Assembly (NCBI GenBank): GCA_002343265.1
Contig: DDSC01000018.1
Span: 124,945-188,944 of the forward strand
Direction of reading: 5' to 3'
Length of the DNA stretch: 64,000 bases
Source: Micavibrio sp. UBA2400
GTDB taxonomy: Bacteria; Pseudomonadota; Alphaproteobacteria; UBA2400
The stretch's first letter is position 1; each line of letters begins with the position of its first letter. Positions 10,092-20,497 of the stretch are shown piece after piece. A program made the position numbers and the translations under genes. The notes beneath the pieces were generated by a model. It was not told the origin of the DNA. It made no database searches and was given only the letters and a program-made list of their open reading frames with translations.

Positions 10092-10406
10092 TTAGGCTTT
10101 GTCACTCTTGACGATTTCGGTCATGGTCACACCTAGGCGGTCTTCGGTCACCACCACTTCACCGCGCGCGACCAGCCGATTATTGACGTAAATATCAATC
10201 GCCTCGCCAACCTTGCGGTCGAGCGGCACGACCGCACCGCGACCCAGCTTGAGCAGTTGATTGACCGGCATGGTCGACTTGCCGAGCACGGCCGTCACCT
10301 GTACCGGAATTTCATAAATCGCCTCCAGATCGCGCTGCACCCCCCCGTCCGCACTTGCGGCGCCGGTCAAATCATTCAAGTTCAGTCCGTCTTTGGTGTC
10401 GCTCAT
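10092..10406 (-). CDS. fliN: Flagellar motor switch protein FliN
   Basis: 104 aa with the SpoA/FliN C-terminal domain ([10 protein letters not shown]...[11 protein letters not shown]). Confidence 0.8.
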   Translation of the reverse strand: MSDTKDGLNLNDLTGAASADGGVQRDLEAIYEIPVQVTAVLGKSTMPVNQLLKLGRGAVVPLDRKVGEAIDIYVNNRLVARGEVVVTEDRLGVTMTEIVKSDKA

Positions 10407-10420
10407 GCTGGTCTCCTTGG

Positions 10421-11143
10421 TTAGCTTTCAATCTGGGTTGTGGGTGTATCCATCGGCGGTTCCGTAATCTGCGGGGCGCGTGGCCCGCTTTGCAGCACTT
10501 CGGCGACGGCTTTGTCAACCTGCTGCCATAACCGGCTGGTGTCACGCTCAAGGCCGCCATCGGCCCATTCGACCTTGCAATCGGCCGGGCCCAAGGCGCT
10601 ATCGACCAGAAACACCAGCCTGCCGCCCAGCCCGCGTTGTTGCGCCTGCGGCTCCAGTGTTGCAGTCACGGCATCAAGCTGGCTGTCATGCACACGCACA
10701 ACCACGCGCGGCTCGTGGACCAGTTGCGCCAACACGGCCTGTACTGCAGCTTCAATTTCGGTCTGGCCATGACGAGCCACGCTGGCCGGCAGCAGCTTGC
10801 GGGTAATGGTCACCGCGATCTGCAGGACCATGGCGCGGCTCTGCTCAACCCGGGCTATCTGTTCGCTCATCAGCTCGGCAAGACGCTGACCCAGTTTGTC
10901 CAGCAGCTCATTCTGCACCCGCTGTTCGCTGGTCTGCAGCTCAGCCCGTGCTTTGGCCAACCCTTCGGCAAAGCCCTGCGCATGGGCCTGTGTTTTTGCC
11001 GTCTCCAGCTCAGCTTCGGAGAAGGTAGGCGGGGGGGGTGGTTCCGGCTCCAGCGGCTCAGGCGGCAGCTCCACCACCGGCTCAGGCGGTGGCGGCGGCG
11101 CATCGAAGCGCGTGTCGAACAGGAACTTCTGCACGTCCGGCAT
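10421..11143 (-). CDS. FliH-like flagellar assembly protein (FlbE of the alphaproteobacterial fliF operon)
   Basis: Position between fliG and fliN; Pro-rich N-term, coiled-coil and a FliH-like C-terminal region. Confidence 0.5.
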   Translation of the reverse strand: MPDVQKFLFDTRFDAPPPPPEPVVELPPEPLEPEPPPPPTFSEAELETAKTQAHAQGFAEGLAKARAELQTSEQRVQNELLDKLGQRLAELMSEQIARVEQSRAMVLQIAVTITRKLLPASVARHGQTEIEAAVQAVLAQLVHEPRVVVRVHDSQLDAVTATLEPQAQQRGLGGRLVFLVDSALGPADCKVEWADGGLERDTSRLWQQVDKAVAEVLQSGPRAPQITEPPMDTPTTQIES

Positions 11144-11152
11144 AAATGCCCC

Positions 11153-12175
11153 TTAATAGACCAACTCGTCCTTGCCGCCCTCGGCAATGACGATCTCGCC
11201 CTTGGCGGCCAGCTCTTTGGCCAGCCCCACCATATAGGCCTGCGATTCCTCGACCTCGCGCAGACGCACCGGGCCCATACTCTCCATATCTTCCTTGAGG
11301 ATCTTGGCCGCGCGCTCGGACATATTGGAGAAGAACAGGTCCTTCATGCTGTCCGGAGCCGCCTTGAGCGCCAGCGCCAGCTTGGCCTTGTCGACCTGAC
11401 GCAGCAACGTCTGGATGCCGCTGGGGTCGATCTTCTGCAGATCCTCGAAGGTGAACATGAGGGCCTTGATCTTTTCAGCACTGTCGCGGTTGCGCTCTTC
11501 CAGCGCAGCCATCAGGCGGTTCTCGGCATTGCGATCCAGATTGTTGAAAATTTCGGCCATCAGCTCGTGCGCATCCCGCCGCGCGGTCCGGGCCAGATTG
11601 CTCATGAACTCGGTGCGCAGTGTACGCTCGACGTCATCGAGCACATCCTTCTGCACCGCTTCCATACGCAGCATGCGCATGATGACTTCCATGGCAAAAG
11701 TTTCCGGTAGCAGGCCCAGCACGCGGCTGGCATGGTCGGTTTTGATTTTGGACAGCACCACGGCCACGGTCTGCGGATATTCGTTCTTCAGATAATTGGC
11801 GAGCACTTCCTCATTCACGTTGCCGAGCTTGTCCCACATAGTGCGACCCGCCGGACCACGGATTTCTTCCATGATGGTGCCGACTTTATCCTTACCCAAG
11901 ACGCGGCTGAGCAGACGCTCGGTGCTCTCATAGGTACCCACCAGCGAGCCGGTGGAGGACAGCTGATCGGCAAACTCGACAAACAGTTTTTCCATGATGG
12001 CTGACGAGACCGTGCCAAGATTCGCCATCACCTGCGAGATCTCCTTGATCTCTTCATCATCCATATGACTGAATACCTTGAGGGCCTGCTCTTCGCCCAC
12101 CGCCAGCAGCAGCACAGCAGCCTTTTCCGGCCCGGTCAGGGAGCGATAATCCTCGCGTACGCGTCCACCCGCCAT
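11153..12175 (-). CDS. fliG: Flagellar motor switch protein FliG
   Basis: 340 aa; conserved FliG middle and C-terminal domains. Confidence 0.85.
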   Translation of the reverse strand: MAGGRVREDYRSLTGPEKAAVLLLAVGEEQALKVFSHMDDEEIKEISQVMANLGTVSSAIMEKLFVEFADQLSSTGSLVGTYESTERLLSRVLGKDKVGTIMEEIRGPAGRTMWDKLGNVNEEVLANYLKNEYPQTVAVVLSKIKTDHASRVLGLLPETFAMEVIMRMLRMEAVQKDVLDDVERTLRTEFMSNLARTARRDAHELMAEIFNNLDRNAENRLMAALEERNRDSAEKIKALMFTFEDLQKIDPSGIQTLLRQVDKAKLALALKAAPDSMKDLFFSNMSERAAKILKEDMESMGPVRLREVEESQAYMVGLAKELAAKGEIVIAEGGKDELVY

Positions 12176-12187
12176 GTTCTCTCCTTA

Positions 12188-13900
12188 TCAGCTCTCGGCG
12201 TAAATCCACTGCCGGATGATGGCCACCGCCTCTTCCGGATGCTTGTCGATAATTTCGCCCATCTTCTTGAGCGAGGAGGCTTTGACCCGGCCATCCACCC
12301 GGTTGATGTCAATCATGCTATCCTGGCCCTCTTCCATCGCCTGCTCGGCAGCTTCCAGCTGCTGAGCAATCGCGCTGCTGGACGGGCCTGACAGGGCCGC
12401 GGCAGCCTTGTTGCTGGCCTCCAAACGCTCAGCCTCACCCTTCACATCCAGCAGGGTACGGATCATCGGGCGGACAATCACGAGGAGCACCAGCACGGCG
12501 AGCAGCAACATCCCCAACTTCTCCGCCATGCGCAGGATTTCGGGATTGCTGGTCAATTTTTCAACCACACTGGCCGCACCACTGACTTCCGGTTCGGCAG
12601 CAAATTGCAGATTGACGACTTCCACACTGTCACCACGATCGGCATCATACCCCACCGCCGAACGCACCAGCGCGGCGTACTGATCGAGCTGCTCTTTGGT
12701 GCGGGCCTCATAAACCTGCGTGGCCGCATCCCCCTCGCCTTCAGTTTTATATGTACCGTCCACTAGAACGGCGACCGTCACACGCTTGACTGTGCCCGGC
12801 AGGCGGGTCTGGCTTTGCACGGTTTTGCTGATCTCGAAGTTGGTTGTTTCCTCGGTGCGTGTGGTCTTGTTGGTTGGCACCGTGCTGGGAGTAGAGGTGG
12901 CTGGCTTACCCGCCGCATCGGGCAGATTGCTCTGTACGGATACGGCTGAATCACCACCGGCGGTGGTGACTTCATTGGTCTGACTGTTCTCACTGCTGGA
13001 TTGGGTGGAGCGAGCGACCTGACTTTCCGGATCATAGGTTTCGCTCTGCGTGGTGATGCTGTCCATATCCAGATCAACACTCACCTGTGCGCGCACCTTG
13101 TCAAACCCGACGGTACGACCAAGAATTTCTTCCACCCGGGCCGACAGCCGCTGCTCAATGCTGATGCGCTGCTCTTCCGCACTGGCCTGCTGCGCGCTCA
13201 CCGTATCGGTGCCGCCGCCCGATGCCAGCAGATTGCCGCGCGAATCCACAATCGCAACGCGGCCCGGGTCCAGCTGCGGCACGGCAGCAGAGACGAGGTG
13301 CTGAATGGCGTTGATCTGCTCACGCCCGAGTTGGCCCCGCGCTTCGAGGAACACGCTGGCCCGCGCCTGCTGTGCGTCGCGCGCAAACAGTTCGCGGCGC
13401 GGCAAAACCAGCTGCACCCGCGCATTCCCAACGCCTTGCATGCTGCGAATGGAGCGGGCGATCTCACCCTCCAGCGCGCGCTGCTGATTGATGCTCTGCA
13501 GGAAGCTGGTGGTGCCAAAACCTTCCGGCTGGTTGAAAATTTCGTAACCGACACCGCCGCCGGCGGGAATGCCCTCTTGCGCCAACAGCATCTTGACCCG
13601 GCCAGCCTGCTCTTCCGGCACAGAAATACGCGACCCATCCGAAGACGCTTCATAGGGAATGTTGAGCTGTTCGAGTCGCTGCACAATGGCGCCGCCATCG
13701 GCAGCACTCAGGCCGCTGTACACGGTAGACATGCTTGCCCCGCCCATGCGGGCAATAATCACGATCAGGAACAGCAGCGTAGCCAGCGCGACACCGCCAA
13801 GCGCCGCCAGACGCACCGGGCCCAGACTTTTAAGTGTTTGCAGAAAACTGTTCATACGCGCGCAGAGCCCCGAAAAGTTAATGCCATCGAGTCGAAACAA
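12188..13900 (-). CDS. fliF: Flagellar M-ring protein FliF (true start possibly the internal Met at ~13855)
   Basis: 570 aa, N- and C-terminal TM helices, YscJ/FliF domain, Ser/Thr-rich linker. Confidence 0.85.
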   Translation of the reverse strand: MFRLDGINFSGLCARMNSFLQTLKSLGPVRLAALGGVALATLLFLIVIIARMGGASMSTVYSGLSAADGGAIVQRLEQLNIPYEASSDGSRISVPEEQAGRVKMLLAQEGIPAGGGVGYEIFNQPEGFGTTSFLQSINQQRALEGEIARSIRSMQGVGNARVQLVLPRRELFARDAQQARASVFLEARGQLGREQINAIQHLVSAAVPQLDPGRVAIVDSRGNLLASGGGTDTVSAQQASAEEQRISIEQRLSARVEEILGRTVGFDKVRAQVSVDLDMDSITTQSETYDPESQVARSTQSSSENSQTNEVTTAGGDSAVSVQSNLPDAAGKPATSTPSTVPTNKTTRTEETTNFEISKTVQSQTRLPGTVKRVTVAVLVDGTYKTEGEGDAATQVYEARTKEQLDQYAALVRSAVGYDADRGDSVEVVNLQFAAEPEVSGAASVVEKLTSNPEILRMAEKLGMLLLAVLVLLVIVRPMIRTLLDVKGEAERLEASNKAAAALSGPSSSAIAQQLEAAEQAMEEGQDSMIDINRVDGRVKASSLKKMGEIIDKHPEEAVAIIRQWIYAES

Positions 13901-14168
13901 CCCGATAGCCCGATCCGAGCCGCTGCCTGCGGCACTGTTAACTGGCTCTTCTCGGCCAGATGATCGTTAATATACACCTTATTGTAAGGTTAATAAACGA
14001 AAAGTTAACTAATCGGCAATTTTTGCCGAGATATAGTTAATGACGTAGCGTAATGTGGCCCTGCCCGAGCTGCGACGTCATGAACAACTGGTCAGGCCGC
14101 ACCGCTATGTTAATCAAATAGTTAAGTCTGTCGTCTAGACCAGATCAGCCATTTGATGAGGAGCTGTC
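13901..14168. promoter_or_regulatory. Divergent fliF / degP promoter region, strongly enriched for TTAA / TTAAC motifs (CtrA-box-like half sites)
   Basis: Eight TTAA tetramers in ~270 bp of a 63% GC genome, several as GTTAA/TTAAC; class II flagellar promoters in alphaproteobacteria are CtrA-dependent. Confidence 0.4.
14013..14029. promoter_or_regulatory. Perfect 7-3-7 palindrome TCGGCAA-TTT-TTGCCGA inside the fliF/degP intergenic region (candidate regulator binding site)
   Basis: Read directly from the sequence. Confidence 0.3.
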
Positions 14169-15731
14169 ATGCTGTTGCGCCCAATTCGTACTCGCACTGC
14201 CCTTTTTGCGCTTACCATTATAAGCCTGACGCTCAGTCTTCCTACCGCCCCGGCCCTAGCAACCGCCGCGCCGGTGCCAGCCCAACAACAGACCCGGCCC
14301 GATAGCTTTGCCGATCTGTCCGCCCGGCTGCTGCCTTCGGTGGTGAACATCTCGACCATTCAGACCATCAACCCGGAGGATCCGGGGACGGATATGGATA
14401 TGCCGCAGTTTCCGCCCGGCTCGCCGTTTGAAGATTTCTTCAAGCAGTTTCAGGAACGGCGCAAGCAGCAGGGCGGGCGCTCGCGCCGCGCCGCCTCGCT
14501 CGGCTCGGGCTTTGTGATTGACGCCAAAGAAGGGTACGTGGTCACCAACAACCATGTCATTGCCGGAGCCGATGAGATCAAGGTGATCCTGCAGGACGAT
14601 ACCAACCTGCCCGCCAAACTGATCGGCCGCGATGAAAAGACGGACCTGGCCCTGCTGAAAGTTGATCCCGCCGGGCATACCCTGACCGCAGTGCCGTGGG
14701 GCAATAGCGACGACATCCGGGTGGGTGACTGGATCATTGCCATCGGCAACCCCTTTGGCTTGGGCGGCACCGTGACCCAGGGCATCATCTCGGCTCGGGC
14801 TCGCGATATCCAGAGCGGGCCTTATGACGATTTCCTGCAAACCGATGCCAGCATCAACCGCGGCAACTCGGGTGGACCGATGTTCAACCTCAAAGGCGAA
14901 GTGGTGGGTGTGAATAGCGCCATCTACTCACCCTCGGGTGGTTCAATCGGTATTGGCTTTGCCATTCCGGCCAATCTGGCCAAGAGCGTGATTACCCAGC
15001 TTAAGGAGCATGGTCGCACCAAGCGCGGCTGGCTAGGCGTCCGCATTCAGGGCGTGACTCCGGAAATTGCCGAAAGCCTGAACTTCGGTGCGCCGCGTGG
15101 CGCACTGATTGCCAGCATCACGCCCAAGGGTCCGGCCGCCAGTGCCGGCATTGAGGCCGGTGATATTGTGCTGATGTTCGACGGCAAGCCGATTGAGGAT
15201 ATGCGCCGCCTGCCCCGTATCGTCGCCGAGACCGCGGTGGGCAAGACCGTTGCCATTCAGGTCTGGCGCAAAGGCGAAACCAAAAACCTGACCGTCACGG
15301 TGGCCGAATTGGAAGAGGCCGAGAGAGAGGGACTGATCCCCGGCGCCACACCATCGGATGATGAAACCAGCGCACCGCCGTCGGAGGCCGAGGTGCTGGG
15401 TCTGTCACTCACCTCGCTGACCCCCTCGCTGCGCGAGCAGTTTGAGATCAGCGATGACACCAGCGGTATCCTCATCACCGCAGTGGACGAAATGAGCGCC
15501 GCCGCCGAGCAGGGCCTGCAGGAGGGCGATGTGATTGTCAGCGCCAATCAGCAGGATATGAAGGCTCCGGCTGATCTGCAAAAGCAGGTTGAGGCCGTGA
15601 AGAAGGCCGGGCGCAAGTCGATCTTCCTGCTGGTCGCGCGGCAGGATGACCTACGCTATGTCGCCCTGAAGCTGGACGAGCCGAAACCCAGCAAGGACAA
15701 GAAACCATCCGCCCCCAAAGGTGAGGAGTAA
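14169..15731 (+). CDS. degP: Periplasmic serine endoprotease DegP/HtrA family with two PDZ domains
   Basis: Signal peptide, catalytic GNSGGP, trypsin-like domain plus 2 PDZ; 520 aa. Confidence 0.85.
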   Translation: MLLRPIRTRTALFALTIISLTLSLPTAPALATAAPVPAQQQTRPDSFADLSARLLPSVVNISTIQTINPEDPGTDMDMPQFPPGSPFEDFFKQFQERRKQQGGRSRRAASLGSGFVIDAKEGYVVTNNHVIAGADEIKVILQDDTNLPAKLIGRDEKTDLALLKVDPAGHTLTAVPWGNSDDIRVGDWIIAIGNPFGLGGTVTQGIISARARDIQSGPYDDFLQTDASINRGNSGGPMFNLKGEVVGVNSAIYSPSGGSIGIGFAIPANLAKSVITQLKEHGRTKRGWLGVRIQGVTPEIAESLNFGAPRGALIASITPKGPAASAGIEAGDIVLMFDGKPIEDMRRLPRIVAETAVGKTVAIQVWRKGETKNLTVTVAELEEAEREGLIPGATPSDDETSAPPSEAEVLGLSLTSLTPSLREQFEISDDTSGILITAVDEMSAAAEQGLQEGDVIVSANQQDMKAPADLQKQVEAVKKAGRKSIFLLVARQDDLRYVALKLDEPKPSKDKKPSAPKGEE

Positions 15732-15733
15732 GC

Positions 15734-16009
15734 ATGAGCGAAAAGAAAATGTTGCTGCTGCCCACCTTTGACGGGCAGACTCGTGGAGTGGCAGCGATTG
15801 CCCTAGGCTCGATTGATCTGATCAAGCCGTCCATGACCCCAGGCATGACCACACTGTTCCTGACCGGCGATCACGCTAACAACTTTATCGGTGTTGAAAT
15901 GGAAATGCCGGTGCTGATCGAAAAGCTCAAGGAGGCGGGTCTGGCGCTCACCGACCTGTCGGGCGGCCGCAAGATGGAACGCGGCGCCCGGCGGGACGAC
16001 GGGCATTAA
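15734..16009 (+). CDS. Hypothetical small protein (91 aa) co-transcribed with degP
   Basis: Starts 3 nt after the degP stop; no motif recognised. Confidence 0.3.
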   Translation: MSEKKMLLLPTFDGQTRGVAAIALGSIDLIKPSMTPGMTTLFLTGDHANNFIGVEMEMPVLIEKLKEAGLALTDLSGGRKMERGARRDDGH

Positions 16010-18021
16010 TAGCCGAATTTTTTCTCATTCGGGGTATACTTCGGGGCGCATCGGAAACCCTCAGTATCACCAACGACGCTACGCAGCTGTTCAATTTCAG
16101 GCCAGCACCGCTCTTTTAACAGCTTGGCATGATTGCTCACCAACTGGGCCGCATAAGAGCCACTTACATAACCCAGCGTCTCGGCGATATTCTCCATGGT
16201 CGTATCCGGATCAAGATACTGCAAGAATGCGTCACGGCGGGTTTTCTGCCCTGTGATCGTTGCGGCCGGAGCGCCGCTCCACACATGCCCTTCATAACGG
16301 ACCAGACGATTATAGGACTGCGCCAGCATTGCCGCGCGTTCAACCGGATTATCGTCGGTGGCGCCACCGCCAAGGCGATCGAGATAACCAGCATCATAGC
16401 TTTGGCCGGCCTCCCGATTTCGGCCCGCTTCCGGCTCGCGCTCGGGCTGCGGGAATAACTCATCGACACTCCGTGTCAGGGCAATCGCCCACGCATAAGC
16501 GGGATTGGTGTGCAGGCCCATGCGGTCAACTGGAAGGGTTTTACCGCTCGCTGCCTGCAGTAGGAAAAACTCGGGGGCTAAAAGGTTGGGGCTTAATTTT
16601 GCCAAAACTTGCAGTGCTTTTGTTACAAGCGTATCAAACGGGCGGCCATCCTGCGCTACGGCCTCGGCAAAAGCTTGCGTGAGCACGGGCGCGGGTGCAG
16701 CCCTCAGGCGCATCTGCTCGCGCTGTTTGGTCAGCGCCTTAAGCTCGCTGGCCAAAAAGATAGTACGCCCTGTTGCATGCGGAGCGGATGCCAAACTATC
16801 GAGTGTATCAGGTGGGCGCACGGCGTAAATGCCACGAGGGCCCATGAACGAGAAACCACCCATCAGCTCACCGTGCAGGATCTGGTTTGACTCGGTGCCG
16901 TACAGCAGCTCAAAGCACAGGCTTTCCTTGAACGGGCGAAACGGATCCAGCCGCATCATACGGCCGGGCCGTTGCCCGGCTACCACCGGCGAGCGGGTGG
17001 GAGCGATATTGATCACACCATCCAGTCCGGGATCATCATGCCCATGGATCAGGTAATTGGCCGTACTCAGCCAGCGGATATCGCCCGCACGGTGTGCGCG
17101 CAACAATGCGGCGCGCTCGGTATCCGGCATATCCGAATGAATCGCCCGGATAAAATCTCGTCCCATCTGCGCGGTCAGGATCTTGGCCATTGCCTCGGCA
17201 TGGCCGATGCCAGCACAAAACAGCACCGATTTCCGGTCAGTCAGCCGTCGCCCGTGGCCGGGCTGTCGCCACCCACAGAGCAGATCCGCCACAGCCTCAT
17301 TAAAGGCGTGCACATTCAACGCCTGTTCAAGACTAGCGGCCTCATAATCGCCGCGGTGGGAAATGCGCACATGGCGCAAAGCCGGATAAGCCCCTTCCAA
17401 AACATGCACCATACTCTGAAAGGGCGCGAGCAACCCGCCCTCCACTGCGGCCCCCAAGGGCAGGCTGTAGACCGTTTTATACCCGGCCAGCTCAAGATTT
17501 TTGTCCCGCGCATAGGCGGAGGTCGCGGTCAGGGCAATTTGCGGCACCTTTAGCTCGCGCAGGATTTTCTGTCGCTCGGGGGCCAAAGCCAGATGGCCTT
17601 CATCAAGGATGATACAGTCGAGCTGATCGGGGTGAATACTGCCTTCGCGCAACGCCTTCATCCCGGAGTGGTAGGTGGCGATAACAATCGGGCGGCGCGG
17701 CACGCCATCACGGGCGACATACTCACTGGTGAGGCCGACCAGACCAGGAGTCTTTTCGGGGTCGCTAAAGGCATCGTTTAAATCAGCCCTTAGATCGCGC
17801 GAATACGTCATCACCAAGGCGCGTGGCGTCCGCCCCTGCCCCCAATAATCCTGCAGCAGACGTCCGGCCAGAAACCCCTTGCCGGAGCCGGTTGGCATAT
17901 CTACAGTCAGGCGGTGCTGGCCACGCTCAAGATGCTTTGTGACCTGCGCATACGCTTTGGCTTGCGCCCAATTGAAATCCATTAAAAATCGCTCCGGAAA
18001 ATTTGGACCAAGTGTAGCCAA
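16006..18021 (-). CDS. Superfamily-2 (DEAD/DEAH-like, ResIII-type) helicase domain protein with a ~300-aa uncharacterised C-terminal extension
   Basis: Walker A DMPTGSGKG, motif II ILDEGH, motif III TATSAY, motif VI QRPGRMMR in the N-terminal ~370 aa; C-terminal half has no recognisable motifs. Confidence 0.6.
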   Translation of the reverse strand: MATLGPNFPERFLMDFNWAQAKAYAQVTKHLERGQHRLTVDMPTGSGKGFLAGRLLQDYWGQGRTPRALVMTYSRDLRADLNDAFSDPEKTPGLVGLTSEYVARDGVPRRPIVIATYHSGMKALREGSIHPDQLDCIILDEGHLALAPERQKILRELKVPQIALTATSAYARDKNLELAGYKTVYSLPLGAAVEGGLLAPFQSMVHVLEGAYPALRHVRISHRGDYEAASLEQALNVHAFNEAVADLLCGWRQPGHGRRLTDRKSVLFCAGIGHAEAMAKILTAQMGRDFIRAIHSDMPDTERAALLRAHRAGDIRWLSTANYLIHGHDDPGLDGVINIAPTRSPVVAGQRPGRMMRLDPFRPFKESLCFELLYGTESNQILHGELMGGFSFMGPRGIYAVRPPDTLDSLASAPHATGRTIFLASELKALTKQREQMRLRAAPAPVLTQAFAEAVAQDGRPFDTLVTKALQVLAKLSPNLLAPEFFLLQAASGKTLPVDRMGLHTNPAYAWAIALTRSVDELFPQPEREPEAGRNREAGQSYDAGYLDRLGGGATDDNPVERAAMLAQSYNRLVRYEGHVWSGAPAATITGQKTRRDAFLQYLDPDTTMENIAETLGYVSGSYAAQLVSNHAKLLKERCWPEIEQLRSVVGDTEGFRCAPKYTPNEKKFGY

Positions 18022-18108
18022 AGCGATTGGTTAATTTCAATAACATTCGGGGCCGGATGCCCATTCCTACTTGCGCCAGTCGGTTAGCTGGGGCGGGAGC
18101 GGATCAAT

Positions 18109-18501
18109 TTACTGGATGCTGACCGGCATATAGGGGCTGTCGAGCGAAAAAGCCGGGATCGCTACGTCAAACTCGTCGCCCTCCGGGGTTTCCATACTGT
18201 AGGTGCCCAGCATGATGCCCGAGGGCGTGCCCAGCGGAGTGCCGGAGGTATATTCAAACACGGCACCGGGCTCTAGGATCGGCTGCTCACCCACCACGCC
18301 CGCCCCACGTACCTCGTGTACTTTGCCGCGCGCATCGGTAATGCGCCAATAGCGGTGGCGCAGGGTGACCGTCTGCGTGCCGATATTCTCGATCCGCACA
18401 TGGTAAGCCCAGACATATTGCCCATCCTCGGGCTGGGACTGGTCCTCCAGATAAATCGGGTCAACCGATACACGGATGTCGCGGGTGATAGCGGTGTACA
18501 T
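18109..18501 (-). CDS. apaG: ApaG (DUF525) protein; start taken at MYTAITRD
   Basis: Characteristic ApaG motifs ([26 protein letters not shown]); the longer ORF to 18546 adds a Cys-rich 15-aa leader. Confidence 0.7.
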   Translation of the reverse strand: MYTAITRDIRVSVDPIYLEDQSQPEDGQYVWAYHVRIENIGTQTVTLRHRYWRITDARGKVHEVRGAGVVGEQPILEPGAVFEYTSGTPLGTPSGIMLGTYSMETPEGDEFDVAIPAFSLDSPYMPVSIQ

Positions 18502-18601
18502 GCCGTTAATATAGGAACACTGCGGGCACCGCGCAAGCGGGGCCAAGCAAAAGGGCCGCTGGTGACAGCGGCCCTTCGCAACTCTCGTGGTTTATGGCCG
18601 T

Positions 18602-19405
18602 TTAGCGGTACACAAACTCAACACGGCGGTTCTTGCCTTCCTTGGTGTTATCGTCGGTCGGCACCAGCAGCATGGTTTCGCCTTCGCCTTCCATCACAAT
18701 GTTCTTGCCCTTGAAGCCATGGGCAACCAGCGCGTTCTTGACGGCGGTGGCGCGTGCCACCGACAGCTTCTTGTTGTAGGCCGGGTTGCCAACGGTGTCG
18801 GTATGACCCATCACCGAGAAGCCGGTGACCTTCACACCCTTGGCATCCTTGGCTGCCTGACGAATAACGGCCAGCGCCGCCTTGCTCAGGCTCGAGGAGC
18901 CGGTCTGGAAGAACACGACATACTTGCCGCTACCCAGCTTGGCCATAACATCGTCAAAGTCCTTGCGGCAGGCAGCGATATGCTCGGCCTGATGGTTCTC
19001 TTCCTGCTGTTCCATCCAGCAGTCGAACTTGGCTTGCGCCTTGGCCACCAGCTCCGGCTTGGACTTGGATGCAGCACGCACGCGCACGAGGCGGTCATGC
19101 GCATCGGTCAGATCGGCCACGGCATGCTCGGGCAGGTCACGCATCGCCAGTTCATCAGGCATCACGTCATCCCCGGCGGCGGCGGCCAGACCCTTCTTGG
19201 CGTAGTGCTGGCCGTCACGATAATCCATCATGTCGTTCCACTCGAAGTTGGCGAGGTCGCGATATTCGCGCGCCAAGGCCTGCGAGAAGCCGTCGCCGCC
19301 CAGATCGGCCGCGTTGAGGTTGTCGACATAGCGCTGGCCCGTGAAGCCTGCGCAGCCTGCCAGCAGGGCGCCAGCAACAAAGAGACCAAGATGCGTCGTT
19401 TTCAT
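18602..19405 (-). CDS. OmpA-family lipoprotein (peptidoglycan-associated OmpA C-terminal domain)
   Basis: Lipobox LLAGC; C-terminal OmpA domain (GHTDTVGNPAYNKKLSVARATAV...NRRVEF). Confidence 0.75.
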   Translation of the reverse strand: MKTTHLGLFVAGALLAGCAGFTGQRYVDNLNAADLGGDGFSQALAREYRDLANFEWNDMMDYRDGQHYAKKGLAAAAGDDVMPDELAMRDLPEHAVADLTDAHDRLVRVRAASKSKPELVAKAQAKFDCWMEQQEENHQAEHIAACRKDFDDVMAKLGSGKYVVFFQTGSSSLSKAALAVIRQAAKDAKGVKVTGFSVMGHTDTVGNPAYNKKLSVARATAVKNALVAHGFKGKNIVMEGEGETMLLVPTDDNTKEGKNRRVEFVYR

Positions 19406-19520
19406 TTATTCCTCCAGAATGTGGGCCACAAATTATCTGTCTTGCCCCGAGCGAGCCCACACTAACAGGCCAGATCGGACAATTAAAGCCGCGAGTCCGG
19501 GAAAGTAGCTGTTTTTCACG

Positions 19521-20231
19521 TTATGCAGCCAGCGGTGGCAAGGCTGCCACACCCTCTAACAGCGAGGCGTCCCGGCCATAGCGGAACAGCTCAAGTCCAT
19601 GATCGCGCAGCCACTTCCGGCTGGGTGAGGGATCGCCCACCAGTTGCCGGACCGTGGCCCAGAAGGCCGGACTGTGATTCATGTGGCGGCGATGGGCAAC
19701 TTCATGAGCCACCACATAGCGGGCCACCATAACTGGAGCAAAGACCAGCCGCCAGGACAGGCTGATGCCGCTACGGGCCGAGCAGCTTCCCCAGCGGGAG
19801 CGGGTATCCCGGACTTTGACCGGACAGGGCGGTAGCCCCAGATTGCCCGCATCCTCGTCCGCCCACCGCGTGAACTGGGCGAGTGCATGGCGGCGCAAGG
19901 CGCGCTCAACCCGCTTGGAAAAGACTTCGCGGGAGCCGGTGATGATGAGCGAGTCAGGCTCAGCGATTTTTTCTACGGCTTTAGGATGGTGACGTAAAAA
20001 AACCGTTTGTCCTAATAATTCCAAAGACATATCCGGGACAAACAAGAGCGGAGTGAGCGCGCGCTCACATTGCTGTTCGAGCCAGTCCCGCTGCCCGTCC
20101 AGAAAGCGGGCGATAAAACTGGCAGTCGTACGTGGCGGGGCGGTCAGCACGGCCGAGCCGCTGACACAGTCAAAACGCAAGCGCAGCCGCCGGGCGGTCG
20201 GGCGATAGATGATTTTGACCGGGATCGCCAC
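19521..20231 (-). CDS. DUF45 / M48-like zinc metallohydrolase (YgjP/SprT-like)
   Basis: HEVAH zinc-binding motif in the C-terminal third; length and layout typical of YgjP-family proteins. Confidence 0.6.
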   Translation of the reverse strand: MAIPVKIIYRPTARRLRLRFDCVSGSAVLTAPPRTTASFIARFLDGQRDWLEQQCERALTPLLFVPDMSLELLGQTVFLRHHPKAVEKIAEPDSLIITGSREVFSKRVERALRRHALAQFTRWADEDAGNLGLPPCPVKVRDTRSRWGSCSARSGISLSWRLVFAPVMVARYVVAHEVAHRRHMNHSPAFWATVRQLVGDPSPSRKWLRDHGLELFRYGRDASLLEGVAALPPLAA

Positions 20232-20497
20232 CGCACTCAGACCGTGATGTCAATGTTGCAGCCGCAGCCGGGCGAAGGGGCCTTCTGGATCGGGCCGCGC
20301 TCGGGCAGCTCTAGGCTCCCCCGCCCCTGCCCCCACGGCCGCAGCTGGCCGGGCATCAGAATATCCCGGTTAAGATTGCCGGGTGTACTGGCCGCCGCAT
20401 ACGCACTGAGTTGTGCTGAAAGTGACAAATCCATCCGCTGCCCTGTCCGCTTGCGGCTGCCACTATGGGCCGCTTCGGTCCTGGCGTCCAGATTGTC

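Noticed and set aside
10637-11710. 357-aa plus-strand ORF across fliH-like/fliG
   Set aside because: Antisense of fliG/fliH. No motifs, low-complexity.
13001-13963. 320-aa plus-strand ORF inside fliF
   Set aside because: Antisense of fliF.
16013-16032. Hairpin CCGAAT-N8-ATTCGG between the degP-associated gene and the helicase gene
   Set aside because: It lies within the last codons of the helicase CDS (…NEKKFGY*). It may contribute to termination but cannot be called a clean intrinsic terminator.
16972-17553. 193-aa plus-strand ORF inside the helicase gene
   Set aside because: Opposite-strand shadow. The helicase motifs are all on the minus strand.
18587-19465. 292-aa plus-strand ORF opposite the OmpA-family gene
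   Set aside because: The minus-strand product has a clean lipobox and OmpA C-domain. The plus ORF is His/Gly/Leu-rich junk.
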